A stretch of DNA of 64,000 bases from Seison nebaliae (taxonomy: Eukaryota). The notes below the pieces were generated by a model. The model made no database searches. It worked only from the letters and a program-made list of their open reading frames with translations, and had not been told where the DNA came from. Positions 1 through 13,543 of the stretch are shown one piece after another. The position numbers were made by a program, and so were the translations under genes. Position 1 is the stretch's first letter, and every line of letters begins with the position of its first letter. The stretch covers positions 1 through 64,000 of the forward strand of contig JALJEE010001644.1 in assembly GCA_023231475.1 (NCBI GenBank). Reading direction: 5' to 3'.

Positions 1-56
1 AATATCTTCACTCGATCTCCCACATTAAATTTTGATGAAATGTCTTGAATCGACAT
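1..56 (-). CDS. Possible 5' end of a gene running off the left edge (MSIQDISSKFNVGDRVKI...)
   Basis: ATG at 56 on the minus strand, open to the window edge. 'FxVGDRV' resembles the start of CAP-Gly or Tudor/SH3-like folds, but only 18 codons are visible. Confidence 0.25.
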   Translation of the reverse strand, partial: MSIQDISSKFNVGDRVKI

Positions 57-2357
57 CTCTTTCTATTATTTCGTCAATGAGAATTAAATGAATCGATTGA
101 ATAGAAATGATGAATATGGGACATTTAATGGTCAAGTACAATCTTTCTTTTATTCACTCTTTTTATTATCTTTTTTATTAATCATTCACACAATCCTACC
201 AACACAATATCGACATCACATTTGTAAATAATAAGCTTCAATCCGTCCCTATAAAAGACACAAAAGTCGAAGTTATATTAATCATATTGGAACGGGAATA
301 ATAAAATAATTTCATTATTTAAAAATAATAATAATAAATAATTACTTAAATAATAATGAGCGAAAATCGATTTTTATTCATATTCATATTCACAATGTAA
401 ATTCATTTACATCTCACTCAATATTTCACAAGATTGAGACAGAAACGAACTTGAGAATATCAAGGTAATATTTGACGAAAATATTTTCGATTTTACTTCC
501 ACATGTATAAATGAATTTCAACTAACCGTTCAAATAACAATCCAATTAATTGCTTTTAAATAATTCTTATATTTCCGTCATTTTTTCTTCTTGTTCCTGA
601 AAGGAAAAAATATTTCTTTCAAGGAGAAAAGACATATCATCGTATGAGAGAATAAAATGTTTGAAATCCTGAAGAAGAATATCAGTGGGTAAATCTTAAT
701 AACGGATGGTATGAGAAAAAACAGACAATGGAATAGTACGCGTTCGCATGCAGATAGGAAAAATAAGGTTAAAGAGATGTGTAAATTTTCTTATCCGAAT
801 TTTCTTATTACGTTAGTCCAAGTATTACTCCCAGTTTGTGGTCTTTTTCTACTCTCTATGTAAATGAAGATGTTGGTTTTTTTTATACAATTTGTATATA
901 TACAATTATTTATTGTGAATAATTTTTTAATAATATAATATTTTTAAAATAATTATGATATCGGTATATTGACAATTTGATCACCTGAGTCAACTTAAAA
1001 CGTTCACTTTACTCCACTACCGAATCCGTCGTTATCTCATTTCCATTGTTACCAGGACAATTGACTGCTGAATTAAAATCAAACATGTCACAGAATGCAC
1101 AATAGAGTCGATCGTTTCTGGGATAAATTCCTTCTTTTCTTAATTTATAGATCTCACTATTTCATGAAACGAAAATTTAACACGATATCATTCCAATGGA
1201 AAGAGAAGAATGATTAATATTTAAATATGGAAAATATTGAATGACAAATAGATAAATATTGATCATGCTTATCAAATGGAGTTAAAACTTCCAATTATTC
1301 ATGAGCATAATTTAAATACTAAAGTGATTTAATGAAATTATGATTATGTGTATTTTAATGATTTTAAGTTTAGCATAAAATAAGGTGTTTAATTAATGTT
1401 CTTCTTTATTGAAGAATTGGTGATTATGATGAGGTGTATAAAGAAGAAAGATGAATAATCGTTATAGAATCATATTCGTCTATAAATAGAGAAAGGAATA
1501 AAACGAATTAATCTTATTCATTATGTAGTTTTTCTTAAAAGAATTCAACCGGAGTGTTGTTGTTTTGATTAATTGTTCAGTATACGACTGGATCATAAAT
1601 CGGTTTCACGATAAATTTCGGAATCTACTATTTGGAATCATCAGACATCACTAACTAAAGATATCCGAAACCAACACTATTAGTTTATCAACGATATATT
1701 TAAATTTTGTTAATTTTTATGTTTCTTCATGTATCTCTCACTTCTTTGAGGAGATACAAATAAATTTGTTTTTTTATCTGATATCGGTTAATACTTTTTT
1801 TACACCGGTAATACTGATCTGGCACAACTTGTTCAAAAAGACATTTTAATCACAATTGTCGCAAATTATCGATTTTGGAAATTACTAGAATCGTTTTTAA
1901 TTCTGAATATCACCATGTTCTCAAAACTTGAAATTCGAACCATCATTATCTGTGGAATATGGAGAATGAAAAAGTTCAGTTGAAAATGACGATTTTTCAT
2001 ATGTTAACAATCTAATGAAAAAATCGGATTGTTTTATTTTAAGAATCGATGTAAATTAGAGAAGCTGATCTTTTTAATTCCTGAAAACAGTTTTCCAACA
2101 ATAAGTTTTTGTCAATTTTGAATTTTTGTCAAAATGAACTAGATAATGATAATAAGATTTAGTTAATTTTATTGAGACATTTAAATATAAGTAAGTGATA
2201 AATTAACATAATATTTACATACGAGAATTTGATGAAAGTTGAAAGGTGATGATATGAAATTAGAGTGAAATATAATAGAAAACGATTGAATACGTATGGC
2301 ATGAATAAATGTTATCTTAAGAAGGATAAAAAATAAATTAGTTCATATAAATAGAAG

Positions 2358-5300
2358 TTATGTTGACAATTGATCATATTCATTTGAAAATAAGATACTA
2401 GTATTAGTATTGTTATTCTTATTATTGGTTAAAGAACAAGGGAGGACTTTCGTTTCATGTGATGAGTCAACGCTCGATAACAATTTACTCAACTTATTTT
2501 CATTTTCAGATATTTTGAATGAATTATCATAATTTCCATAATCTGATTTCGTTGAAGATGAAGTTGTTGGTATTGAATATACATTTGCCGCTATTGTTGT
2601 TATTGTTGTTGTTCCACACGATTGTGAAGTTGATGATGTGAGAATTGTGGAGGATATGGTCGTTGTTGAAATTGAAGATGATGTCGATGTCGATGATGCT
2701 GTTGTTATTGTTATTGTTGATGATAATTGATCTTTCTGATATGAACTATCATTAATTTTTTTCCTAAATAAATTTGGATGAGTATGTTCGTGTATTCGTG
2801 GATCATTTGGTGGTACTCCATTAGCACGACGGATTTTCAATCGTTTTTGTCGAATTCTGGAAGAGAGTTGCAAATTGAAATGAGACCACGGTTTCTCACC
2901 TGGACGTGCTATATCTGGATATTTGTTATACATTGCACGTCCAATCGATTGATAATGTTCATGAGTTGCCGTTTCAGGAAGAAGTTGCAAATAAAAACTA
3001 CAACATTCATTCATTAAATTATTCCAAATTTCAGCACTTCGATTTTCAATCAATGACGAATGAATCTCGTCGGTGAGAATTGGAACTTGCATCGTTTGCT
3101 CGTCTGATGAAGGATTGATAGGATTAGATGAAAGTGTTGAAGTTGATGATGTGATAGTTGAAGTGGAGGTGACAATGACAGAAGATGATAAAGAATTCCC
3201 AGTAACATTCGTCGTATTGTTGATCTGGGAAGTTGGTGAATCGAGACGATTCTTCTCATATTTCTTCTTCGATGATGATAAATTCGAATATTTTCTTTCT
3301 TTACTATTCACATAATCTTTATTATTTTTTATCATATTTTTGATTTTCGGAAGAAATTTATTATTTGGCGATTGAGAATCTGATAATTTTTTATTTTTCC
3401 CTTTTTTATTCACTTTCGCCGTTGTTGTCGATGTAGACGTTGTCATTATCGATGTCAATTGAGTTGTCGTCAATGTAGATGATACTGTGGAGATGGTTGT
3501 CGACATCGTTGTTGAAGTTATCGAAGAAACTATCGATGCTAATGTCGTCAATGAATTAGATGAACATTTTAGATCAGTTGTTGTTATTATTATTGATGCT
3601 GATGGAATGAGATGTGAAGAGAGAAGATTTGATGAAGATAAATTGGAGGAAGATATTTTCCAATTGTCGTTAACGGAATTGGATGTCGATATAGATGATG
3701 ATGATGATGATAAAAATGATGAAGTTATCGTTGTGGTAATAAGAGAATTTGAATTGGTGAACGGAGAATTTTTATTCGAAGTCCGATGATAACGAATTGG
3801 TAAAGTTGTGGAAATGACGTCTGTTGTGAGAACTTTATATTTTTGATTGGGAATAATTTGTGTTGATGTATTCAACAAATAATCATTCAATATCGATCGA
3901 TATGTCGAACGATTATCATCGGATAACGATGTTACGACAACTGTGGGAATTGTGGCGGGAGAAACAGATGACGATGTTGGACATAATCGACGCGAATTCA
4001 ACAAATCTGATGAAGACATCGAAGAAGATAATGTTCCTGATGGTACCGTTGAAATAGTATTGATCAATACTGATGATATCGATCGTTCTTTTGACATCAA
4101 CGACAATTGATGTAATCTTAATTTGGATGAATTTAATTGATATTGTTGTTGTTGCTGTTGTTGTTGTTGATGATGATGATTTTGTTGTGAAGGAATTGGA
4201 TGATATTGTTGTTGGGAAACAGTTCGCTGATGTGGATTATGTAAATAATTCGATTGTTGTTGTTGTTGTTGTCGTTCTTTCTCAATTAATAAAATCTTTT
4301 CACGATGAATTGATGATGAGGATGATGATGGTGGATGAATTAAATCGTTATGAATTTGTTGTAAATTCTGTTGATATGTTTGAGTCGATTGTTGATGTGA
4401 CTGATAAGGAATATTTGACAACGGAACATTTTGTAAATGACTCATCGAATTATTGATATTATGTGGTTGACAATTGCGAAGGGGAGGAGGATCATTATCG
4501 GAATTGAATTGAAGTGATGGTTGAGTGGTGGAGGAATAACGAGAATAAGTGGAATCATATGGATTTCGATGTAACGAAGTTGGACGTCCTAATTCAATCG
4601 AATGATTATTTGAAATTCGATTAAAATTATTTGTCTGATCTGTCAAATAATTCTGATGAGGCAAATCGGCCACTGCTGATTTCTGATTTTCTAAATATAT
4701 CGCCGATGTTACCGGCTGATAATTTGACATTGATGAGACGGAAGGAGTTGGAGAAACGGAAGAATCATAAGTACTTTGACAATCATTCTCTATCATATCA
4801 ATATCATAACCAGCTCGTTCTCCATACAAATAACCATTATTCATATTATCCGATTGATCATTTATCAATGACGCTTTTGATGTGATGATGGACGAGACTA
4901 TCGATGTTGCTGTCGACATTGTAGTTGTAATCGATTCTTGTGATGGAAATATTACAAGATAATTATTATCATTAATATTCACAATCGAATGTGTTGTCGA
5001 ATTCAAATGAATTGGCAATTGATGTTGTTGTTGTTGTTGTCCTTGGAGTAAGTGAGAGGAAGAAGGTGGAGGAGGTGATTGAAAATCGTTTTCATTAATA
5101 TCTGACGATTGTTTAGGAAGAAGAACATAATTTATTTTACCGTTATTGGTGGAAAAGAGATATGGTGATTGTTCGTCACATTCATTCGATAATGAAATCC
5201 ATTCATTTTCATTTGTCAATAATCCTTTTGAATTAATCAATTTAAATGTGGATGATGAAGATGATGATGATGATGACGGTGGTGGTGGTAGTAAATTTGT

Positions 5301-8300
5301 TGATACTTTTGGAATTTGTGAAGATGATGTTGTTGTTGTTTTAGTATAATCGATTAATTTATCATTTAACAATGAATAATAATTTGTATTTTGATTCTCA
5401 TTATTGTTCTTGTTGTTGTTGTTGTTGTTCATTGGGGTATGATGACGATGAATTGTAGAAACAGGATTAACTGTATCGACTAATATCTGTTTACCAGTTA
5501 CTGTTCGTCCTTTTGGAATGGAAGTGACAGATGATGATAATTTAATAGAATTTGTGAGAAAAGAGACTGATGTCAAATCATCAAATTGTTGATTATCGGT
5601 TCGGAGATCATCTTTCTCTTCATCATCATCTCCAACATTCATTTCCATCGATACTTGTCCATCAGTTCCCAAACTAGTTAGATTTGGTGATGTAGTTGTG
5701 ACGATTGAAATGTTATTATATTCGTCTTTCGATTTCTTCAATCGAACGAGCGATACAGTTGTCAAAATATCAATGAGATGATCTTTGAAAACGGAATATC
5801 GATTATAATATTCTTCTGGTACCCCTTCGTCTCTCGATGAAATACAAAGTAATGACATTCGTTGTTCAATCAACTTCGTCATCATCGAATGAATCACATT
5901 CGCCATCGGTCCTGGAATACTCAACTGAGACATAATACCATCATGTTCATCATATGGTAATTCTTTAGAAACGAAATAATTTTCTGCTTGATTCACATAC
6001 ATCGTCCAATAATCCTGTAAAGATTGACTACCATCATTATCATTCGTTATCGAATTTCGATTTGAAACAATTTCAATTGAATTCTCTAAATTTCCTCTCA
6101 ACGACTTCGTACCATCTTTATTAGAACGAACACCAGATAATGGTGGTGAGACTGTGGGTAGAATTGTGGAAGTAGATGGAGAATAGAATGTTCCTTCAGT
6201 TATATCGTTATTTTCTAATGGAATCGTAGAAGCGGTGGTAGTGATGGTGGAATTACCGTCAACTGTTCTCGTTGTTGTTAATGGTAATTTGTTGACGTAG
6301 ATAGATGAAGAAATAAAAGATGAAGAAATTGGAGGAATATTCGATGTATCATTCGTTTTACATAGTGACGAATGTAAACGAATTACTTCATCGATTTTCT
6401 CATTTCCTGAAAATGTGGTATCGGAATGAAAACGATTCGCAAATAATGAAGTTGTTGTGGTAGTTGTTGTTGTTGTTATTGATGTTGTTATTGGTGATGG
6501 TGTAGTTGATGATGTTTCAATGAATGTTGTAGATGATGAAGTAATTGGGAGAATTGTTGATGAGAGATATGATGGAATTGATGATAAATTTGTGGTATCG
6601 ATTAAATTATCAGAAATTTTATTTTTTTCATTTTGTTTCATTTCGTCACAAACGGATCTATTATGTTTTCTCTTATGTTGACGATGAAGATTATTACTCG
6701 TATTCGATTTATGGAAGAATAATGAATTATTTGAAATATCATTATCTGTTAATAATTTTCTCTTTTTCTTCTCAACAGGAATGACGTTCACTATCGAATT
6801 CATTTCATTCTCTTGTAACAATTTCTCATTCATCTCATTCTCCATCATCGACACATCATCAATTGTTTTCTTTTCTTTCTTTTGTCTTTTCCCTTGTAAT
6901 ATCATTTGTTGTTGCTCTTGTTGTTGCTCTTGTTGTTGCTCTTGTTGTTGTTGTTGTTGTATTTGTTGTTGATGTAATAATTGTTGTTTCCGTTCTTCAT
7001 ATTTAATATATTGTTGTTGTTGTTGATGTCGTTTTCGATATTTTCTTCGTCGCATCTTCTCCTGAAGAAGAAAACGGAGATTATTTGATGATTTCATTGA
7101 ATTTGACGATGATAATGAGACGAAGGATGATGCAACAGATGAAATTGATGATGGTGATGATTTACCAATATCATCTCCCTCATCTTCCAATGAGGAGAAT
7201 GATGATGAATTCGTTGAATCGCCAATAACTGATTCATTACTATTCATTGGACTCGTCTGATTATGATTATTATTATTATTATTATTATTATTTTCACTAA
7301 ATAAACTTTGAGATGAAAATCTTAAATTTTTCCTTTTTCGTTTTGAACTACTAATTCGACTATCTCTCTTCATTACAAACATCGTATCATCTTCATCCAA
7401 ATATTTCCCTTCACCACCACCATATGATGACCATAATTCATTTTTAATTTTATTCGAAATCGATAATTGTTGTTGTTGTTGCTTTAATTGATTACTAATC
7501 ATCATATTATTACTGTTATTGTTGTTGTTGCTGTTGTTGTTGTTGAATGAATAATTATTTGGAGTAGAAGAAATTTGAATATTACTATTGTTGTTGTTAT
7601 TGTTATTATTTCGATCAATTAAATTTAAATGACGATTACTCGAACGACTATTGTTGTTGCTGTTATTGTTGTTATGGTGAATTATTAATGAATTGAATCG
7701 ATATAATTTATAATGGGAAATATAATTACATTTCAAATGATGAAATAATCGATAGAATTTTCGAATACTTCGTTGATAGACTACTTGTAATTGTGCGATA
7801 GTCGTTGGAGAATTGACAAATTTCGATTTTAATGATTGTCGATCTTTCAAAATTATAATGAAATAAGGTAATAATGATATATCATCATTCCGATCGATCA
7901 TTGGATATGGTTCACAATATTTCAAGAATATTTCATTCGTTCTAATTCTACATGCGTCTCCATCATTCGTCAATAATTGAAAATGAGCGACGAGAAACTC
8001 TTTAAACATTTTCTTCACTTCTAACAACTTCTCTTCATTCAATTTATATTCAGCATATCGTCGTTGTCTTTGTTGTTGTTGTTGTTCGTCAGTGGTCCCT
8101 GTTTGACTAATTAACTTCTTTTGAGAATTCTTCAATTTCTTTTGATAATCATCGAAACATAACATTGATAATCGATAGAATGAAGAGAATAAAATTTGAA
8201 TCGATTTCAACAATGCATCATCTAATGACTCAACACACAATAATTCTACTCGTCGTTCTTGACGATGTTGTTCCAATGACGCCACTTTAATAATTCTCGA

Positions 8301-8306
8301 TGACAT
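2358..8306 (-). CDS. Large (~1980 aa) single-exon, low-complexity N/Q/S/T-rich protein of unknown function, probably nuclear
   Basis: A 6 kb uninterrupted ORF in AT-rich DNA; first ATG at 8306 (MSSRIIKV). Basic NLS-like tracts (KRKRK, RRRKYRKR). Three ordered islands, including the C-terminal WNNLMNECC...KYPDIARPGEKPWSHFNLQLSSRIRQKR. No family recognised. Confidence 0.85.
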   Translation of the reverse strand: MSSRIIKVASLEQHRQERRVELLCVESLDDALLKSIQILFSSFYRLSMLCFDDYQKKLKNSQKKLISQTGTTDEQQQQQRQRRYAEYKLNEEKLLEVKKMFKEFLVAHFQLLTNDGDACRIRTNEIFLKYCEPYPMIDRNDDISLLPYFIIILKDRQSLKSKFVNSPTTIAQLQVVYQRSIRKFYRLFHHLKCNYISHYKLYRFNSLIIHHNNNNSNNNSRSSNRHLNLIDRNNNNNNNNSNIQISSTPNNYSFNNNNSNNNNNSNNMMISNQLKQQQQQLSISNKIKNELWSSYGGGEGKYLDEDDTMFVMKRDSRISSSKRKRKNLRFSSQSLFSENNNNNNNNNHNQTSPMNSNESVIGDSTNSSSFSSLEDEGDDIGKSSPSSISSVASSFVSLSSSNSMKSSNNLRFLLQEKMRRRKYRKRHQQQQQYIKYEERKQQLLHQQQIQQQQQQEQQQEQQQEQQQMILQGKRQKKEKKTIDDVSMMENEMNEKLLQENEMNSIVNVIPVEKKKRKLLTDNDISNNSLFFHKSNTSNNLHRQHKRKHNRSVCDEMKQNEKNKISDNLIDTTNLSSIPSYLSSTILPITSSSTTFIETSSTTPSPITTSITTTTTTTTTSLFANRFHSDTTFSGNEKIDEVIRLHSSLCKTNDTSNIPPISSSFISSSIYVNKLPLTTTRTVDGNSTITTTASTIPLENNDITEGTFYSPSTSTILPTVSPPLSGVRSNKDGTKSLRGNLENSIEIVSNRNSITNDNDGSQSLQDYWTMYVNQAENYFVSKELPYDEHDGIMSQLSIPGPMANVIHSMMTKLIEQRMSLLCISSRDEGVPEEYYNRYSVFKDHLIDILTTVSLVRLKKSKDEYNNISIVTTTSPNLTSLGTDGQVSMEMNVGDDDEEKDDLRTDNQQFDDLTSVSFLTNSIKLSSSVTSIPKGRTVTGKQILVDTVNPVSTIHRHHTPMNNNNNNKNNNENQNTNYYSLLNDKLIDYTKTTTTSSSQIPKVSTNLLPPPPSSSSSSSSSTFKLINSKGLLTNENEWISLSNECDEQSPYLFSTNNGKINYVLLPKQSSDINENDFQSPPPPSSSHLLQGQQQQQHQLPIHLNSTTHSIVNINDNNYLVIFPSQESITTTMSTATSIVSSIITSKASLINDQSDNMNNGYLYGERAGYDIDMIENDCQSTYDSSVSPTPSVSSMSNYQPVTSAIYLENQKSAVADLPHQNYLTDQTNNFNRISNNHSIELGRPTSLHRNPYDSTYSRYSSTTQPSLQFNSDNDPPPLRNCQPHNINNSMSHLQNVPLSNIPYQSHQQSTQTYQQNLQQIHNDLIHPPSSSSSSIHREKILLIEKERQQQQQQSNYLHNPHQRTVSQQQYHPIPSQQNHHHQQQQQQQQQYQLNSSKLRLHQLSLMSKERSISSVLINTISTVPSGTLSSSMSSSDLLNSRRLCPTSSSVSPATIPTVVVTSLSDDNRSTYRSILNDYLLNTSTQIIPNQKYKVLTTDVISTTLPIRYHRTSNKNSPFTNSNSLITTTITSSFLSSSSSSISTSNSVNDNWKISSSNLSSSNLLSSHLIPSASIIITTTDLKCSSNSLTTLASIVSSITSTTMSTTISTVSSTLTTTQLTSIMTTSTSTTTAKVNKKGKNKKLSDSQSPNNKFLPKIKNMIKNNKDYVNSKERKYSNLSSSKKKYEKNRLDSPTSQINNTTNVTGNSLSSSVIVTSTSTITSSTSTLSSNPINPSSDEQTMQVPILTDEIHSSLIENRSAEIWNNLMNECCSFYLQLLPETATHEHYQSIGRAMYNKYPDIARPGEKPWSHFNLQLSSRIRQKRLKIRRANGVPPNDPRIHEHTHPNLFRKKINDSSYQKDQLSSTITITTASSTSTSSSISTTTISSTILTSSTSQSCGTTTITTIAANVYSIPTTSSSTKSDYGNYDNSFKISENENKLSKLLSSVDSSHETKVLPCSLTNNKNNNTNTSILFSNEYDQLST

Positions 8307-8981
8307 TCTATCTTTTTTGTTGGATATTCTGCTAATTTTTAAAAAGTTTATTATCGACAATTGATTCGATTAAGAAATGATTTTCTCATAAAAGACGATT
8401 CATACAATTTTTCCATTAAACAAACTATTTGATATTGTTCTAACAAAAGACAAATGAATTATTTCAAATTAGATCTGAATGAATGAAGAAATGAATGAAT
8501 TGTTCAAATTTGAAAAACGTTTTTTTTTTCTCCACATCCACACAATCGTTTAAACAATAGAGATTTGAATGAAGAAAAATGGGACGGGAAAAATGGGAAT
8601 GTGTAAAAAAAATGGAAAATCGAAATGTTGTGCCCTCTTCCTAAAATGATTGAATCTTTTCCTTCTGTAACACATCGTCATCAAGATCGTCTCCCCTCAA
8701 AATAACAATCATTGGGAAGATTATTTGTAGCGAATAATTATGTCCAGCTGCGTATACGCATCTCTATGGTGAGATGACGAAGAAACTTCTCATTATCAGC
8801 ATTACGATCATCTCTTCACAAAGTCCATTCATTCAACATTTGTACTTTCTCATTTTTTTTATTGTTTTTTTTCTTTAATAATAAAGAAGATTCCTTCAAA
8901 TTTATGTGAATATATTCTCCTCGTCGACCATTTCTGTGTAGAATACACAGTGTTATGTACGTGTGGGTGTATATATATTAA

Positions 8982-8998
8982 TGTGTGTGTGTGTGTGT
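8982..8998. repeat. (TG)n microsatellite
   Basis: tgtgtgtgtgtgtgtgt upstream of the large ORF; a CA-rich tract also lies at ~9496-9545. Confidence 0.8.
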
Positions 8999-11956
8999 AT
9001 GTTTTAGGGAAGAGAAAATTTTATCTAATTCTTTTCCTCAAAATAATAAAGATAAATAAGTAAATAAATAATTTATACATGTATTTCCTTCATTCTCATT
9101 TAGAGAATGCTAAAGAAAATAAATAAATTATTTGAAAAGAATGACAGTCTGTATGAATAAGACGTTAGCGAACGGTATTTTCTACATGAGAATTATTCAT
9201 TCAGTTTGTTTTTTCCCTTATTCATTCTTATTTTTTTTCTGACACATGCAAATCCATGTATGTCATTCATACATAAGTAGTATAAGTAAATAAATTTGTA
9301 TACGGAATTTGTATACAAAAAATAAATAATTCTTTCGCATACTTCTTGTACAATGTACAAGTGTATTGTCTATTGGTATTGTATAGTACATATTGTGTAT
9401 TGGGTCCGTTTGCCCTCTCACGCATAAAATTGTTTTGCATGTCGGAGAAAACTGGGATGGGAAACTAGGTCTCCACACTTGTATGCATCTTATCTACACA
9501 CACACAGACACACAGAATCACACACAAACACATATATATACACACAGTGACACGCAATAGTTTGTACATAGACCTCTCCTAATTAAATGTACTTGTTATT
9601 AGTAGCTCTCTCCGAAATTGGGTGGTCTTTCATTCAGAGAATTGGATGAGTAACACAAATAAAAATAATTGAAATATTTAATTAAAGGAATGCTTATGAA
9701 AATATTGAAGATTTTCATCTTCTAATATTATAATGAGAATGAATGATTAAATGAAGAGTAGTTGAAGGAATTCCTACCAATTCGTTCAATAATAATGACT
9801 AATTAAATCATTTATTCATGAATCTTTCACGAAAATTATTCGATTTATTGGAATAAATGCAATTTTGATGGTTGGAGCAATCAAATGTTGGTTTATTCTG
9901 CAGTTGAATGATGACGTTGAATTAGTAGAATTCTCCCTTGTACACTATAGAACAATGTGTTCGGAATGAGTAAGTTCACACATTATATATCATATCATAT
10001 CATATCATTACCCATTCCAACTCATCCGTTCACTTATACTTTCTTCCCACTCATCCACGTTTCTTCTCTCTTTTATTAATCCCACTCACTCATATCTGCT
10101 TTCATTGCTGCTATTCCTGAATAAAAGGAAATGAATGTATCAGCACATTTTCTCACTTTTACAACAATTTCTCCACTTTTACTTTACTTGTTTATCTTAG
10201 GATAAATGATATTTCCTTTACTTCTTGTACATTTTTCTCATCTAACAAGATGATAATCATCATTTTATAAATGGACCACAATTATTATGTCTCATCTAAT
10301 TGGCTCTTTTGACATCATCGCTTGTTTGATCATTGACACTATGTCATTACTCGTTTGCACTTGTCAGGAATGAACTCTAGGAAAATAAGTAATTCTATGA
10401 AAAAAATTCATTTCGTCCCTCAATTTGAAGGACAGGAATGACAAAGTCACTCTATTGTCATACTTGTATTCATCTTTTATATCATCAGGGATATTTGGAA
10501 TTATCGGTTGTGTAATTTAGAACTATTTTTATTTTGAAATGTCCTAAAAAAACTCTCACAAGCGTCCAACCAAACATATGAATCAATTTATCTAATTTCA
10601 ACTATCATCCTATCATTAGAGAGAAATCAACATTTTTATATCTTTCTACAATTGTTAGTTGTAGCGCAATTTTATAGTTTTGTTATTTGAATTTTTGCGC
10701 AATTTGTATAACAAAGTATTGTGTACTAATACAAAAAATGGTTAATGTTTAGACTGAAATAAATTTTATGTTTAATGAAACTGAAATTAGAGTGATCTCT
10801 TCCTTTAGTGATGAGAGAGAAATAGATTTTCTTTTCTCATGAAGAGAGCGAGTAAAGAACATGAGTCACTTTCTTCTATGAATGAATAAATGAATTTTAC
10901 ACAAAATTTCAGAAATAAATGAATGAATATTTTTGACATTTGGTTGAATGTGTCTGTTACTTGGATTTGTGTATTTTGCAACTGGTAGATGCTACATGTC
11001 TTAGCATGTATTTCAATTATTCATCTAATGTAACTTATTTCATTCAAGATGTAATATCTCATGAATTATTTACGCCTGCATTAATACGTGTTTTTTTTCA
11101 ATATTTTCCTTTTCTAAACACCCCCTAGAATTATATATTTCAACTAGTTTCCGGATATGCAAATTTCCCCATCCTATCACTCCAATCATTTGTAGAAGTT
11201 TCTCAACATTTTCTCTAAATATTATTTGATTTTGTATGTTTATTTTATTCTACATACTCGTCTACACTAATTCTATAATACGTATATGAATATGTTTCGT
11301 TCTTCTCCAATAAATTTCGAGGATATTCTTATTGATGAGACACGTGATAAACAATATTTCTGTTTTTCCTTTAAGGTTACATATAATTTTTCGGTTTTCC
11401 TGAAAAAGGCATTATTCGAAAAAATTCTGAATTAAGTTCATTTTCACTAAAATTCATAAGTTAAACAAATTTTAGCAATTAGTTATTTGAATTTGAAAGT
11501 TTGAATAGCAAGCGCTTCTTTTATTCTTCTGCTCAACTATCGAAATATACACATGTATATCTATCAAATATTGTAACTATTTCACTTAATAATTTTAACA
11601 AAGTAATTCCATCAAAAATAACTTGCACGTTTTTTCCAATGATGTGAAAGGGATTTTGGTTGTTTCTTAACATCAAATAAGAGAACATTAAAACACTTTA
11701 CGGTTCATAGAGAAATTCCGGTTGTCTTATAAAGTTTTTATTATTCAATAATTTTAAATATTTTAATTAAATAAATACTATATTAAATTTTGTTTAGCTA
11801 AAAACAATTCAAGCTGAAGGTCCAACTATAGAAATAATCCACAGATATCTATAGAAAAAAAATAATAATAAAAATTTTATTTTTTCAAATGATATTATTC
11901 TAATCTTAAGGAATTCAAAAGAAAATAAAATTTAATAGAATTACTCATTTAGAGAT

Positions 11957-12794
<838 letters not shown>

Positions 12795-13042
12795 TTTTCA
12801 CAGGAAATTAGAACGTGTTGTTATAGTCTCACGTGTTTCCTTTCTTGATATATAATAATGATGTTCTGATTGATTAGGAAATAATGACGAAGTTCTTCTT
12901 TTTTGGAAGATAGAAAAATTCCATGATAATTATCTTCTTACTCTTTTCAAATTATAAGTTTCAATTAACATTTCTTCTCGAAATGAAAGTTTAATATTTA
13001 CCATTCATCCAATATTTCGTCGTCTATATATTAATCGAAATT

Positions 13043-13543
13043 ATGTCGAATTTGACGAGAACAATTCCAATTGAACAACCGTCATCAAAATCGTCAAAGA
13101 GACATTCGATATCACATAAAAATACTAAATCATCAACATCGTTGTCCACAAAAGAACGAGTAGAGAAGAATACGTTAATCAATGAGGAATGTCGATATGA
13201 GAATCGACAATATTTTCAGAAAATCCTTCAAAATCTTTTTCGACTTCTCGATAATTTACGACAATCATCTTCTCGTTATGTAATCTGGCAACAGACGAAA
13301 ACCGAGAGGAAATCGATTGAAGGAAGAAACGAGAATTTGGAAACGGCTCTCAAACAAACCATCAAAATGGAAACATATTGTGACAATTCGAAGAGAAGTC
13401 TGAGAATTTCTGGATTATTATTTAATCAGATCGATCACCAATTCGATGTGATGAAACAATCATTAACACAAATATTTAATTTGCTTCATTATCATTTTTA
13501 TTCTTCTTCTCAGAATTCTCCATCAACTTCATCCAATTCCACC
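13043..13543 (+). CDS. BORCS7-like coiled-coil region, in frame with and lacking a stop before POLR3K
   Basis: ENLETALKQTIKMETYCDNSKRSLRISGLLFNQIDHQFDVMKQSL aligns by eye, without gaps, to the recalled BORC subunit 7 core (E.L..A.......E.....S..SLR...........Q). Assignment is tentative. Confidence 0.45.

Noticed and set aside
2778..6972. Many plus-strand ORFs rich in V/D/M/C within the large minus-strand gene
   Set aside because: Antisense shadows of ACA/TCA/CAA codon repeats; no independent coding signal.
13174..13219. 46-nt GTT..CAG candidate intron in the ORF upstream of POLR3K
   Set aside because: Purine-rich unlike the other introns, and splicing would frameshift out of the BORCS7-like segment.
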